Shown: positions 23,254 to 37,518 of the stretch, one piece after another
How positions within the stretch are numbered: the first letter of the stretch is position 1
How the letters are laid out: the number at the start of each line of letters is the position of its first letter
Position numbers and translations under genes: made by a program
Source of the DNA: Octopus sinensis
Taxonomy: Eukaryota
Length of the DNA stretch: 64,000 nucleotides
Reading direction: 5' to 3'
Assembly (NCBI RefSeq): GCF_006345805.1
Contig: NC_043008.1
Span: forward strand, 28,644,001 to 28,708,000
Notes under the pieces: generated by a model
Databases searched by the model: none
Told to the model about the DNA's origin: nothing
Seen by the model: only the letters and a program-made list of their open reading frames with translations

Positions 23254-25595
23254 CAGTGATAGAGTGGGGTGCGAGTTTCATTCGTTCAACGACAGAGCTC
23301 CATTTACGATTTACTCGTTTTACAAATCAATTTCCCCCATTGTAATTAGCTAAAATATAATTGATCCGCTCCAGCACCCCCGCCCCAAATCACTCAAGAA
23401 TAAATTTTTACGTGTTTTAAAAATAGAAAAGGTGGAATTAAAATAAAAATATTAATTATAAATAAGAGAATGCAAAAGTAATATTTAAACCGGTTTTAAC
23501 AACTATATTACCTTAAAGATGGGATGATTTGTGCGCGAAGAATGCGATAGAGCGAGAAGGATAAAGATTACTGTTTTGAATGAGAATCTCCTTCGTTTAA
23601 GATTTCAGGAAGAACATTTTATGGCATTTTCTCACTCGCTTAGCTTAATATAGACTTTTTGGATACACTTACTTCACTTTCTACACTTACAGGTCGCTTC
23701 ATTAGAAACATATCAAGACAAGTCTGCTTTTTCCTGTCTTTCAAAAAGTTACGGAAAAAGCAGCTGCACGACCACTAGCTAATTTTTCAGGATGATATTT
23801 GTGTACAAATTCAGAAACATAGTGCCACTTCGCAAAAGTTGCCTTTATGTCACTCGATAAGATAGCATCCGCCACTACACTGTCCTTATCTGGAGAACTA
23901 ATTTCTTGCAACGCATCCAAATGATGATGCACCTAAAGCTGCAGGAGTTAATCTGTCGTCAGTTTTCCTGAGTGTTACTCGATGAGATCGTTAATGACCT
24001 CATCATTAAGCTCGAGGACCATGGACGTGCTAACTAACTCCATATTGACTACAGGCGTCCCAGACTCAAAACCCTTGAAGACTCTTTCGGATAAGCAGTA
24101 AGGCCACAGTTTCCTCCATGCAGAATTCAGCATTCTCCTTGTTACACCCTGCCAGGCTAGATCAATGATTTTCAGGTAGTTTACAGATCTGTAGAGCTTT
24201 CCAAAACTCACGAAGAATGGCATTTGATTTTCGGTGACTTCAAAGTACCGACGAAACAGGTGTTTGTGGTACAATTACTTAAAATCAGAAATCAGCAGTT
24301 GGTCTTTGGGTTGCAAGGTTTGGGGTGGTATTGCCTGAAAGATACAGAACTTATGTAAATTTAAATTCGTCCAGGATATTTTCTTCGAGTTTAGGAGGTT
24401 GAGCAGGAGCATTGTCGAGAATGAGGTGTGTCTTGAGAGGAAGATTGTTCCCCAGAAGGTACTTTAAACTGCTGGTCCGAAGACAAGTTTGACCTACGCG
24501 GAGAAGAATTGCCCGATGACCCAGGTTTTAGTGCTTGCTCTCCATATGACCTGCAGCTTCTCCTTCACGATTATGTACGACTTCAACGATTCATGGGTTA
24601 TCAGACTGGTACAGAAAGAGCGGTTTAATCTTCAAGTTTCCACTAGCATTGGTGCAAAGGGTGTGAGTTAGCCTATTTTCTTAGGCTTGTGACCTGGCAT
24701 TTTCTTCTCCTCTGCTGTTATGTAGATTCTTTTGCGAATTTTGTCCAAAAGAAGTCAGGTTCATCATAGCTGAATACCCCTCGGTTTCGATGAGGTGAAG
24801 GAATTCAGACACGAACACTTCATCTGCCTTGGTGTGAGAACTCTTCTCCATACCTGACGATACTATGAACACCTGTCCTCTTCTTGAAATTGTCAACCCA
24901 TCAGCACCTGGTTTTCAATGCTACTGCTGATATTTCCTCCGTCTATCTCCAAGGTTTCTGCATCTGGAGATGTTTTCTAGCAGATGAGGGTCTCCATAAT
25001 CGTATCCGTGCGAGTTGCTTCTCGTTGATCCACAGAAGAAGCAATTTTTTCGTCCTTTAGTGGACAGATCTGCGTTGCTTAGAGAGCCTGGAGACACCCT
25101 TTCCTGTTGTAACGGCCTTACTCTCCTCGTCTTTCTTCAGGATGTTGTAGATCGTCGACGTGCTTCAGTCGTATTGACGTGCTAGGGGCACTACACAAAC
25201 TCCTCTCTCATGTTTATAAATGATTTCCTTCTTCAATTCCATCGTGATCAGCATTTCCCTCTTCTCAGCACTATCCTTTGCAATAACCTCCTTAGGAGAC
25301 ATGGCTAACACAATTAATTATTATAAAATAATAACAAAAATGCACAAAACTAAATAAATTCATTGGGAAAACACAATAGGGGAACTGCCACAGTGAGATA
25401 AACACGTTAATTGAGGGAGTGGAGACTGCACTTGTTGGGAGATCGTTTGCGAGCTCTCCGCCGGCTATCGGTTGCTCGTAAGAAACTCGTTCATACTCCA
25501 GATTTCCGCTCGTACTTCAAGATAAAAATTAGTATCTGCCCGGCTTCTTTAGCAAATTACTTGCACAATGGTGCAATCAAGGCAATAATTTTCAG
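23254..25595 (-). mobile_element. Tigger/pogo-like DNA transposon, decayed
   Basis: Minus-strand transposase from about 25303: MSPKEV...ITMELKKEII.KHERG (CENP-B type HTH), LILDNAPAQP, LQPKDQ, AWQGVTRRMLNSAWRKLWP. Begins TA-CAGT at the edge of a TA run. The right boundary is approximate. Confidence 0.85.
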
Positions 25596-25655
25596 TCTTT
25601 CAAAATATCGTACATTCTCAAGTAGACACACACGCACACACACTTATATATATAT

Positions 25656-25712
<57 letters not shown>

Positions 25713-26659
25713 GACTGAATCTAAAGCTAGAATTTGATCGCAGTTCATGAACAGTATGCCATTAGAATAGTTTATTTTAATCAAATGTGGAAATTAGTTA
25801 AAATTGCTTACTTTAGACTCCTGTGTTAAATGTGAGCATATATGATAATACCAAACATATAAGTTATTATATTTGCGCCTATGGGGCGAAGCTAAATATT
25901 TTGTGGCCTCAGGGTCAGGACGCAAGGTTTGGAAACGGATTAGTAAAATATTTTTCTCACATTTATTCCCATTTTCCTATTTTTACATATCAAAATTACA
26001 GTTCAATCTACTGCCAAATATTGTTATGGTATTGTGTGACCATATCCTCTGCCAGCTGACATATTACAGAGCATTACCTCTTTTACACGACTGATAGCCA
26101 GCAAATAAACGTATTTTCTCCAGATACCATAAATATAACTTTAATCTATGCAGTATATAATATTTGTAGACAATTTATAAATCTGGTATCAGGAAATATT
26201 AAATAGTTTCCAACATGACCAATTACTATTTTGAAAATTCAACAGAAATACAGACCGTCTTTTTTCTATTTTTCTGTTTCATTAAGTTATATGAACTATT
26301 TGAGCTACTTTACTAGCAGAGACTAGAACATCATGGAAAAAAAAAGAAAAAGGAAAGAACACGGATAAATATTAGAATGATGAACAGCGTTTGTATAAAT
26401 ATACCGTACATCTTCCACTTTGCTTTACTCCACTTATATTTCTCTATTGATTTGGGGTAGTAAATCACTTCTGTACTGCATATATAGTTAAGAGAAATCT
26501 GCCTTAATTTAAGCAGAATAAGTAACGTTGGAAAGTTTCTTACTCCGAAACAATTTTTGTTTACAATTGGATGGCAATAAGAAAACGCTGCCGCATATAT
26601 AAATATTAATACTTTCTCAATTTCAGCTATTTCAATGCTTTGCACACATGATCTCTCTA

Positions 26660-26697
26660 GTGTACACACACACACACACATACACACACACACACAT

Positions 26698-26763
<66 letters not shown>

Positions 26764-26830
26764 GTATACATGTATGTGTATGTGTGTGTGTTGTGTGAGT
26801 GCATATATGTGTGTGCGTATACATATATCA
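26660..26830. repeat. (CA)n(TA)n(TG)n microsatellite
   Basis: Direct observation. Confidence 0.93.
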
Positions 26831-29364
26831 TTTTTGCTTTAGCATAGCGGTGTATAAGAATGTGCAAACATTGTTTCATGTATCACTTAATATGTTTAAG
26901 TATAGATTATCATATTAAATATATGAAGGCTATACAATTTGAAAATTTGGCTTACATAGGTAACTGATTGTGTCAAATAGGATCAGATTAGTATACGAAA
27001 AATATTAATAAATGGAGAAGCGCTTTTTGAAACCTATTATAAATGAATATCACACAATATTTTTCGTAATGAATTTGGTTTCTATCTACCTCAGTATAAG
27101 CCTACTATTCAAAACCTGAGGCAAATTTGTTTAATTCACTTTTACATTATTGTATTTAAGAGAAATAAATTATCAGGCAAGATGTTTTGAGTAAAAAAGG
27201 TCAGTTATATATTAAACCGCCTGCCGTTTACTACCTTTAAATCAAGCTAAAATACTACTTTTTGCCTAAAGGGATGTATGGAATTGTTTTAAATTTATAG
27301 TTATATATTAGTCGTTGCTAGATTCTACAAATAGCTGAAATTATATTGTATTTTGATTTATGCATCATTTAGAATTAAATGCTGAAACTTATTTGTAAAT
27401 ATGTAAAATTCTAGTATCTTCTATTTTTATTTATATCAATTCAAAATAGGAAGCACGTGTCGTTTTAAACAGCAAATATTCAATGAATGGCATTAATTTT
27501 AAAATATCCTACTGAGTGTGTATCTATGTGTCTCAGAGTATAACTGTTTTAGTGATTGATGCTCTTCAGCGAGAACAGGATAATAATAGCATATTGAAAT
27601 TCTTAAAGTGGACAAATATTCTGTTTATGTATAATAATAAATTATTTATATATTAAGGTGAGTAAGATTTCATATATTTAATGTGTCTTTCTTTTGTTGA
27701 ACGAAAACAAACAGAACTATAACTATAAATAATAAAATCAGTGTACGCATTCTTAATGTAAGTCCGAAGATAAATGCATTTTGGAATACATTTGTAGCCA
27801 ATTGAATCATAAATCAGCTATGAAAAAGAGATTATTGGGAAACCAAATACAATAGTAAGGAAACGACAAAAAAGAAAGCTAACATTAGAAGATATTAAAC
27901 AAAGTAGTAGTTGTAAAGTACAAGATAAATCATCCGAGAGAAACTGTTTTATTTCTAGCAAGTATTTTGCAACGTCTTACTTGTTGGTAACATTTATTTG
28001 GTAAGAGGATATCCACAAGGAATATTTCAGAATTAATCATGACAACAAAATTGTACAAAAACCAAATCATTTCTCAACTGAATTTATAAATTCAGCTAGA
28101 ATTGATTTATATATACTTTGGGAAACTATTTCACTTGTCTGTTACAATATGTCCTCACAATGGTTCCTATGTTATATTAATACTTAGTTAAACGTGTAGA
28201 CGCCAACAAGACACAACATACCAGGATTAAAATGTTTTCTTGCATTGTGTTTTAAGTTTAAAATATTGCTTATATTTACATTTTCAAGTGGGCACACCCT
28301 TTATGTAAAATGCTGTATAAACTATTTTACTTCAATTGAAAATACGATAGTAACTACATAAACGGATCTCATAAAAAAATAAAGAAAATTAGACGACATG
28401 ACCAGTACGTGTTGTCCAAGAAAGTAACCTGTCACATCGGTAATAAATTATTCATTTACGCAGAGAACAATATCTTCATTCTGTACAAACAGGAAAATGT
28501 AAATTCAAGCAGAATTGTATGCTTTCTTTGCCAATTTCACATCTTGTAAAAACAAAAACTAAAAACAATGTTACCAGCTCCTTCAACATCGTGCAAAACA
28601 CACACACACATGTATTATCAAGTGAAAAGAATACAAAGTGGCAGTTAAATCCGTGCTGCAAATGTATCGTTAAAGAGGAAATGTTTAATGATAAGCTCAA
28701 CGTTATTATTTACGTTGCATGTCAACCAAGATCATTTATTTATGTATGTATAAATTTATCTCAATCTTCTTGTGGATGCCCATTGCCATGTGTTTCGCTA
28801 TTTGTTCTTTTCATGATTTATTTTAATTTAAATATAAAGATAGTGTTTATAATTCTGGTCAGACTATTTTATAATCACACTATTGATTATAATTACTTTT
28901 GAAGGGGACATTTTAAATATATTTCTCTACCTAATATATGATGTCGAGTATAAGTTGTACGATCATGCGGCAAATGCGTTCCGTACCCCTACTAATACTT
29001 AAAAACAGTTCGAAATAATGTAATTCTTCTCTTTTTTTGTCACTTGGATAATGTTTGTAGCAGTTATTGTTATCATCTGTCGTGTGACGCATATGTTAAC
29101 TGTAATTTAAAAATAACATCTGCTAGGAGTTATTTGAGTTTTGGGATGCACCAACACATGTCTTTGTGAAAAACATTTTTATTTGCAGTTGCAGTTTTTA
29201 TTTTATTTTCATCACAAACTTCCTTTGAAACGTTTCTTTCTTGTTGTTATTTGTTGAATACCGTGAAGCAAGAAATGAATTTCTGTGTTGCGGTTATTTG
29301 TATCAATGATTCACTTTACTAACACCAGGACGTGCGTCTAACGCAAAATGATATAACACAAACA

Positions 29365-29587
29365 TTATTTACATTATTTACATTCGACGGATATTTGTCC
29401 TCATCAACAGCATCGGAAAATACCTTAAGAATGACAACCCAGGTTTGAAAATTCCCCAAGACACCCGATGAAGGCTGGAGGCTATATCAGCCGAAAAGTT
29501 GTGTTAACAACAAACGAGATGAGGACAAATATCCGTCAAATGTAAATAAGGTACATAATTCCTCATCTCTTAAATATAGAACTGTAT
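29365..29587 (+). mobile_element. Short Penelope-pLTR-like insertion (copy 3) with inverted head and 13-bp TSD
   Basis: TSD TATAACACAAACA at 29352-29364 and 29588-29600. Segment 29371-29405 is an inverted copy of about 29518-29554. The hammerhead-like core at 29461-29505 has two substitutions. Confidence 0.78.
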
Positions 29588-29670
29588 TATAACACAAACA
29601 GTACAAAAGAAAATTTTGGTTCATTGGTGGTGATCTTTTTCTAGATGATAGTGGATGAAGTGAGTGAATA

Positions 29671-29721
<51 letters not shown>

Positions 29722-30662
29722 TGGAGAGGGGCACTTTGTTTGATTGTACTAAAATCTGAAATGCTGTTTGACGTAGACGTGCTCTTATTTATCTATTTCG
29801 TGCATAGGATATAATATAACTTATTTTCTGTGTGTTCCTCATTTATTAGATTTTGCTCGTAATGTCCTGATTGTATAGCCTTAGCTCGTCGTCCTTTACA
29901 ATTTTATAATTCGGTACACACTATTGCAATAAAATATCGAGAATGGGCGGATATACATTAATCTCCAATTATTATTACTTGCATTTTTATCTTAAAATCA
30001 ATTGTGTATTTCGATTACCACGAATATGCTGGATATATTTCCTGATTTTACTCATCTTATTTCACATCAAATGTCATCGTCGATTTGTTCACCGAAATAT
30101 TGAGCAAAACTGGCTTTCTAATTGAATTAGTTTTATTGTAAGTGTGTCTTCACTTGAGGTACGTATGCCCGAGTTAGATAAGCTCTAATGCACTAAAGTG
30201 TTATAAATCAATAGCATGATTAACAAAATTTAAATTTCTTCATATAATTTTGCTTTACAAGATTCATAGTATCATATCAATGCATATAACATAGTCCAGG
30301 TATTTTATTTTCGAAATAGTTTTTATATGTTATACTTTTTAAAGTAATAATTTATTCTAAGCAAGAATTCAAAAAAGGTATTTCAGTTATCACGCCAGAC
30401 AGAAAAATACTTACTTTCAAAAAGCGATATCGTATATGGCTCAAATCTCCTACTACGAAAATATATTATCCTAATTTATTAAACTGAAGCAGTGCATTTA
30501 AACAATCAGGAATTACATTTCTTTGAAGTATTATGAAAGAATTTACATTATAACTATTACCAACAATAACATTTTATGCTTCACTATCTACTACAAGATA
30601 GGATTTCGCATTTCCCCGTGTATTGCAGGCATATATCATTATTATGATAATTATTATTGTTG

Positions 30663-30865
30663 AGGCAGCAGCTGGCAGAAGCGTTAACACGTTGGACGAA
30701 ATGCTTAGCATTATTCTGTCTTCTGAGTTCAAATACCGACGAGGTCAACTTCACTCTTCATCCTTTCGGGGTCGATAAAATAAGTACCAGTTGTGTATTG
30801 CAGTCGATGTAATCGACTATCCCCTTCCCCAAAATTTCAGGCTTGTGCCTATAATAGAAAGCATT
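30663..30865 (+). mobile_element. tRNA-derived SINE with Nin/Deu-like central domain
   Basis: A-box-like GCTGGCAGAAGCGTTA, B-box-like GAGTTCAAATACC and the domain TTCATCCTTTCGGGGTCGATAAAATAAGTACCAG. Confidence 0.8.
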
Positions 30866-31019
30866 AATTGATGTTGTTGTTCATAGTCTTCTTCTTGTTG
30901 TTCAACTATCCACTCGTATTGCTCCACGTTCCCGTAAATTATCTACAGTGATAGTCAGTTATATATTGAACCTTTGCAATCATTACATAAGTACACTGAC
31001 CAGAACCTTAGGGAGCTCA

Positions 31020-31900
31020 TAAATATTTATCCATTCGTAGCCCTTAGGGACTACATTGGGCTTTCCTTATAAGTGAGAAAAGGGGACAAGAATTGAGCAG
31101 CAGAAGTAATGATAGCAATGAAATGCATAAAATAATTTCCTGATGCTTTTATCAGCGCCACAAGACCAACAACAGAAATCAATAACCCAAGGGAACACCA
31201 CCATGTCCACCAAATGAGGCCCACACTCATTTTCATCCACATTTACTTTGGCCGGAGGTGTTCAAAATAGAATATAGCACCAGAAATCAACATTTGCAGG
31301 TTGGTGAGTGGTGCTCTTTCACATAGACGAAAAGTAAACAATATTCTGCAATACAGAGAATACAGAAGCAAAACTGGTAAGGACAGAGTATGCAGTAGTT
31401 AATACAGACGGGCCAGCAAATCACCGAGGCTATTCCAGACTTCATACCCCTTCCACATGCACAAAGCTTCACGTGGCTGTTGAGGGCAGAAGGATGTGAT
31501 ATATTCTGAGCGAGGACACAGTTCACCTCAAAGCCCTTTGCACAAAGTAAATGAAACCGACACTACTACAACAACTGCAAGACAACAGCAACAGATCCGA
31601 CAGAGGCAGCACCATGACTTAAAACCTTGAAAACAAAAGCGACATCAATTACTGAAGCATTCATAGCAGCAAATCCGCTACCAATATCAACAGCAATAAC
31701 AGTATCAGGAGCTCTGAGAAGAACCACTCAGACATGCTCCATACTGCAGGAGGCAGTTTGTAGCCTAAATGGCAAAGGGTCAGCAACACGAAGAAACGGA
31801 AAACTAGTAGAAACGAACAATTGCGAAAGATGACAATGGTCAAACACCACACCAAAACCACTGATGTATTAACATTGTTAACAAGATACCTATCAAAATG
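31020..31900 (+). mobile_element. Possible decayed L1/Tx1-like ORF1 (gag-like) remnant
   Basis: Fragments IPDFIPL and LHVAVEGRR*...VHLKALC resemble the lead-in to a degraded CCHC knuckle. Weak evidence. Confidence 0.3.
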
Positions 31901-31949
31901 ATACTGGAGTATAAATTTGTGAAATCCAATATAGAGATCATGACTATCC

Positions 31950-32415
31950 CTTTGATAAGGATACACCAGACAGACGTAACCCAAACATATGTGCATGATA
32001 TGGTGATCTCATATCAAGATAAACTGCACATAATCTGGCAGGTGGGGCCCAGTTAGAATATTTTTCAGGTCGGGTAACCCAACCGGCTTAAAAAGGTTTC
32101 TGAATAAGGCTTATTTAAGCATGATGAACGAAACACCTGTTTTCCAGAGGTGAAATATTCAAACACCAAAGAATACCTCTGCGCACATGGCTGTGATGCT
32201 CCCCACTACGCCTGCTCACGATCAGAGGTGCACATATTGGTCAGACACAAAGGGACATGCTGAACGGATTTAGGTCAAGTACTGACAAGTAAATCTGCGG
32301 TATTAAGCAGACTATGTTTTGAAGCCCATCTTCTATTGCAAGACGAAGCATGTACATGATATCACTTCCAATCATTTAAGTCCAGGAGACAAGAGAGCCA
32401 CTGGCTGGTACTGCT
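31950..32415 (-). mobile_element. Non-coding dispersed repeat, copy 3
   Basis: The reverse complement matches 20558-21040 and 9871-10160 (GGGCCCCACCTGC, GATATGAGATCACCA). Confidence 0.72.
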
Positions 32416-32929
32416 TCAGGTATTGTTGGTGATGTACGGGAGAGATATAGTGAAGTAGAAGAGGGAACTCAAGAAAAAAGAGGAATATAAAAATAGCCAG
32501 CACATCCTTGTTTGTTTGGCCTGAACGCCACTGAAAATGTATGCCAAAATATTAGTAAGCGATGTGTATTGTGTGGCTGCTTCAGTTGCGATAACAGTAG
32601 TACGATTATCTGTTGCTATTTGATGTAACAAAAGAACGCTGAAACTACCTTTGTGACTCTGTAGAGCAAAAGATTGAGAAAGACAAAGAGACAGTCATAT
32701 TGGAAGATGACCATCCGAGAATTAATATAGACCGATCTTCAAATAGAAAATACATGTACAATGAAAGGATAGCACACTTTACGTTAGTGTACAGATTTCA
32801 AATCAGCTCTTTATGTAAAATCTGCACACAACAGATATACTGCTCTCTTCATCATTGTGAATTGAAGTCAAACATGTTAACAGAGAAGTAGGGAAGATGT
32901 CACCGAGAGAAGGAGAGGAAGAATTTATT

Positions 32930-33040
32930 GTAGCTGTTGCTGTTGTTGTTGCTGTTGTTGTTGTTCTTCTTCTTCTTCTTCTTCTTCTTTTTCTTCTTCT
33001 TCTGCTTCTTCTTCTGCTTCTTCTTCTCCTTCTTCTTCTT

Positions 33041-33119
<79 letters not shown>

Positions 33120-33132
33120 TATTATTATTATT
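32930..33132. repeat. Compound (GTT)/(CTT)/(ATT)n microsatellite
   Basis: Direct observation. Confidence 0.95.
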
Positions 33133-34115
33133 CAGTAGTCTTATTTTTAGGGCGTGCCTTCGCTACGCTACCGAGGGCAACACTGTGTGACTTGGGTATG
33201 TACTGTGTTTTGTTGTGGTGCACTTATTTTCCCTGTATTGAAAGTGTTTTCAATAGGATGTGCGCGATGCCAAGTGGTGTTGTTTTCTTTGTTATATATA
33301 CTTGTAAGTCCTGGTTTTTTTATTATGTATTTGTCTGAATGTCTTTTTATCATACTTAATGCGCCAACTATAATGGGAAGTTTTCTGTTTTTAGGCTGCA
33401 CATTGCAGTTAAATTTACTTCCAGATCTTTGTATTTTGGAACCTTCTCCGTTTCTTTTAGAGAAATGCTCCAAGAACACTGCGAAGAAATCTTGCAGTTC
33501 CAAGCAATGCATATTTTGTAACTGTGCTATGTTCACACTTCTACCGAACTTTTTCAGACACGTTGGTAGTTGAGTGATGATACCTCCAAGTGCACCAATT
33601 ATTATTGGTGTCACGTGTACTCTCTTCATTGACACAACCTTCGTATTTCCCGCTTTAAATTCTCAAAGTTGTTAATTCTTTCTTCTTCTTTCACATTGAT
33701 CCTATTGTCACAGGTGCATGCTATGTCGATAATTGTACATGATTTTTATTTTTTATCCAACATAACAAGGTCTGGTTTCCGGTGTCTAGTCAAGTGATCG
33801 CACTGGATCATTACACCCAACAGGATTTTGAAGTACTCGTTTTCGGTGACTTTTTCTAGTGTTTGTTCATACCACATCTTTTGCTTAGGTCGTGATTTCC
33901 ACAAAACTCCCAATAGATCATTCTTCCCACATTGTCATGGCATCTTTTGAATTCGCGTTGCACCAATTTCGGACATTTGCTAAAGATGTGACATGGCGTA
34001 TCACTTCTCTGCCCACACATTCTGCATTTGCCACTATCGGTAATGTTGTAAATTCTCTACTTCGTATAATTGGTCCTGAACAATTATTATGCGGTTATTG
34101 TTTTTGTTCTTGTTA
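33133..34115 (-). mobile_element. Two abutting R4/Dong-like 3' fragments from different subfamilies
   Basis: Minus strand reads KRCHDNVG, IQCDH..RKPDLV and PIIIGALG (34115-33480). It then gives a second PIIVGALSMIK...KPGL end with the same 3' UTR as 20310-20392. Confidence 0.8.
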
Positions 34116-36469
34116 CAATTAATATCATTATTATTGTTGTTGTTTTTATTATTATTATTTAGGGAAGGCTTTTAATGTTAGAATGTGTAGAGAAACAGTT
34201 ATTAATATTTTTGTTACCCTTGAAATCTGAGTTAAAATGCACCTATGACAAATTTGCTGTACTATTGCAATGACCACAAAACTTGTATCAATAATAAATT
34301 TTCACATTTGAAAGCAAATACATTCACCTTGGGCATTATGTGTCGAGTATTACGCCACTGATACATATTATTGTACGAGTGGTGTTATTCCGATGGCTGC
34401 TGACACCTACACCTACAAAACACACATACATATCTTTATATATGCATTTGCATGTATATATAGTTGCAATCATACATATACACCCAGAATAATTGTTTCA
34501 AAATTCAAGGGATGACTAAGACAATATTCATATATTGACATTCCGTAGCGTTTTAAACATCAAAATAGCAAGGCAACAACGTAACAGCTAAGTAAGAGAA
34601 TATATATGAATACAATAAATTTTCGTATTCGAAATATTTCTTTATCTGAAGTTTGTTTGGATCTATAAGAATATCATAATTTACGAAACGATTTATAATG
34701 TTCAAGAACGAAATCGATACCTGAACATGAAAAAGAAAAGTGGTTTGTAAAAATAACCTATAAGAAAGACGAGTTAAAAATAAACAATAACAGCTTAAGC
34801 ATCAGGCGAAGATGAAAAAAATAAGCTTCCGCAATCCTCTTAACTGAAAAGAAATATATATTTCTGCAATGAATGCTAAAAATGAGACAAATATAACTAG
34901 ATCAAAAACTGATGGTAAACAGTTGTGTCTTCAAAGTCAAATGATCAATGTTTAGTCAATGTATCAACTTGTGGCTTATTTATTGATCAGATTCCTGAAT
35001 TTCAAGATTTATCTTTTTAAAAATGAATCATGAATATGTCGTGTCATCCAATATATGGTAAGGAAATAAAAAAATATATAAAACAGGAAGAGAAACAGAA
35101 GAGCTAAAGATTTATTGAAAATGTCGGCCTTAAATATAGGACTCAGATCTTAGATATCTTTATTTATATACAATGCGTCACATGTGTTACGGTGTGATAG
35201 TTGCAAAACCGGGCTGTTCCACAAATGCAAATTATTGTTTCTTTTGTGTTGCGTATAATTAATTAACGAAACATTCCCTACCGGTAATCTAACTTTTGTA
35301 ATACATGTTTTTATTGTTCAGGGCATATAAGTTTGATATAAAAGAAGCTTGTAAAATAGGTATTTATATAACAGTAGTAACAATAAAAGTTTCATTGGTA
35401 TTCGTATAATTTCTTGTGTGAATATCATGGCTCATTCAGGATGGAAAACAGTGGATATTGCACCACTTAAGGGCATATCTCAAAAAGAGGACAAGAAATA
35501 CCCAATCTTTTTAAAGAATCGCTTCTAGAGAAACACAAATAAGGAGACCCACATTTTGATGCATATTGAAAATGATAATGTCTCACACGTTTCAACATAC
35601 TTGTTGGCATTTACTGAAGCGTTGACTGGTACACCGCTATAAAACTACGATTATCCTAAAGTAAAATGCCTTAAATCTTAGTCATTAATCGTTACGAAAT
35701 ACAAAATAATTTTAGATGTCAATAAGAACTTATTAAAGTTTAATGACTATTTGGCACTCAGTAAATACTTAGTAATTCTGGAATTTTTTTTTCAAATCCG
35801 CCAGGATACAAGAATCGGAAATTAAATACATTTCATCATGATATATCGACGCATTTTGGCTAAAAGTGCTCTAGAATATTCATAGACAAATAGCATATGA
35901 TAATATTCTTTATGAGTGATGATCAGAGGTATAATGAAATGAGGATGTAGAAAATATTGATGTTTTCTCAAGATAATGATAAGGACGATCATTTGGAGAA
36001 GGGGAAGCAGAAATGTAATAGAATGAATTAATTATAACCTTTTAGTAATGTATGTGTTATATAATTCTTAAACGGCAACGTTAATTGGAGAGCAGAATTT
36101 TTTTTTTAAATTACAAACAAAATGTGTATGCTCTAGATTGTCGGGAACAACATGTGAACGTATTCTCATTTGTGGTTTATTACTCCGATAAAAATAAAAA
36201 GTAATTAATAGAGCAAAGGAAATGAAAAAACAACAGCTCTACTTGCTGACTAATTAGGAAACGATTTGATTATATTGTCTGTCTCAACGATTAGGGGAAA
36301 TTTATTTTACCATACGTTATTTAAATTACTCTTTAATTGCCATTTATTCAAACCAATATTGCAACACATCAACACATTCACAAATTTAATTTCAAAATAT
36401 CTAAATTATTTAGAAGTCAGATTAAAGTTCAAACGTTTAGCCTACTTTGACTGCAGCAGAAATGTTTAT

Positions 36470-36722
36470 ATGTATGTGTGTGTGTGCATGCTTGTGTGTG
36501 TTTGTGTATGTGTTTATGTATGTACATACACATACACACACACACGTATATATATATATATATATATATAAATAGGTAAATCTATCAATCTATATTCGTC
36601 TATATATATGTGTGTATCTTTGTATGCGTGTGTATGTATGTGTATGTATGCGTGTGTGTGTGTGTGTGTATGTGTGTGTGTGTGTGTCTGTGTGTGTGTG
36701 TGTGTGTGTTCGTGTGTGTGTC
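36470..36722. repeat. (TG)n/(TA)n microsatellite
   Basis: Direct observation. Confidence 0.93.
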
Positions 36723-37404
36723 TTGAAGTGCTTATGGCATTTATCTCTGAATGCTCCCGTTCGCATGCACATCTTGCTGGGTCGTCCGAAAATTAATAGC
36801 CATTAAAGAAAATTCTTTTGGGAATGTCACTTTTAGTTTAACGAATAATTGCAGCTCAATGTATATTGTAATATGTACAGGATTGATGGATGAGTCCACT
36901 GTAAGATGAACAAGTATTTTAAACATACTATCATAGTGATGCTTACATTTGATGGTTCAAAAACATTTTGGTATTAGTGGATCCAAAATATAAGCGGTTA
37001 AGTGCTGCGTATTACGAACATTTCCAACAGCATGAAGGCTAATATTCTCAGTATTCTAAATGTTAGATGGAATTTTCTTCTAAGCTGTAAAAGATTATCT
37101 GCATTTTATACAAGATAACTGCTGAAGGGAAAATAAATATATATCAAAAAATGACTTTGTTTTTTTATTCAGAGTACAGAAAATATAATAGAACACAGAA
37201 AACAAAGCCAAAACGTGTGTATACACAAGGCAGTAAATATTAGGAAATTTTGAGAATATTGGATGCAGTGAGTCTATTGTGAAAGTCGACGTTTGCAGAA
37301 ATGCATCTTAGCAAGAAATATAGTCTACGATAATCAGGCGCTGTTACGTCTTTATTTTCCCTCTTATTTCACGCAAACACACAAATTTAGCATCTAGGGG
37401 CACA

Positions 37405-37470
37405 ATTGTACATATATACATGCATACATATGTATATATATATATGTATATATACACATGCAAATATTTG

Positions 37471-37518
<48 letters not shown>

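Noticed and set aside
30663-30745. tRNA gene
   Set aside because: The A and B boxes belong to a SINE head, and no cloverleaf can be formed.
34580-36030. Purine-rich, coding-looking stretch that might be an ancient transposase
   Set aside because: No ORF or recognisable catalytic motif could be read. It needs a translated HMM search.
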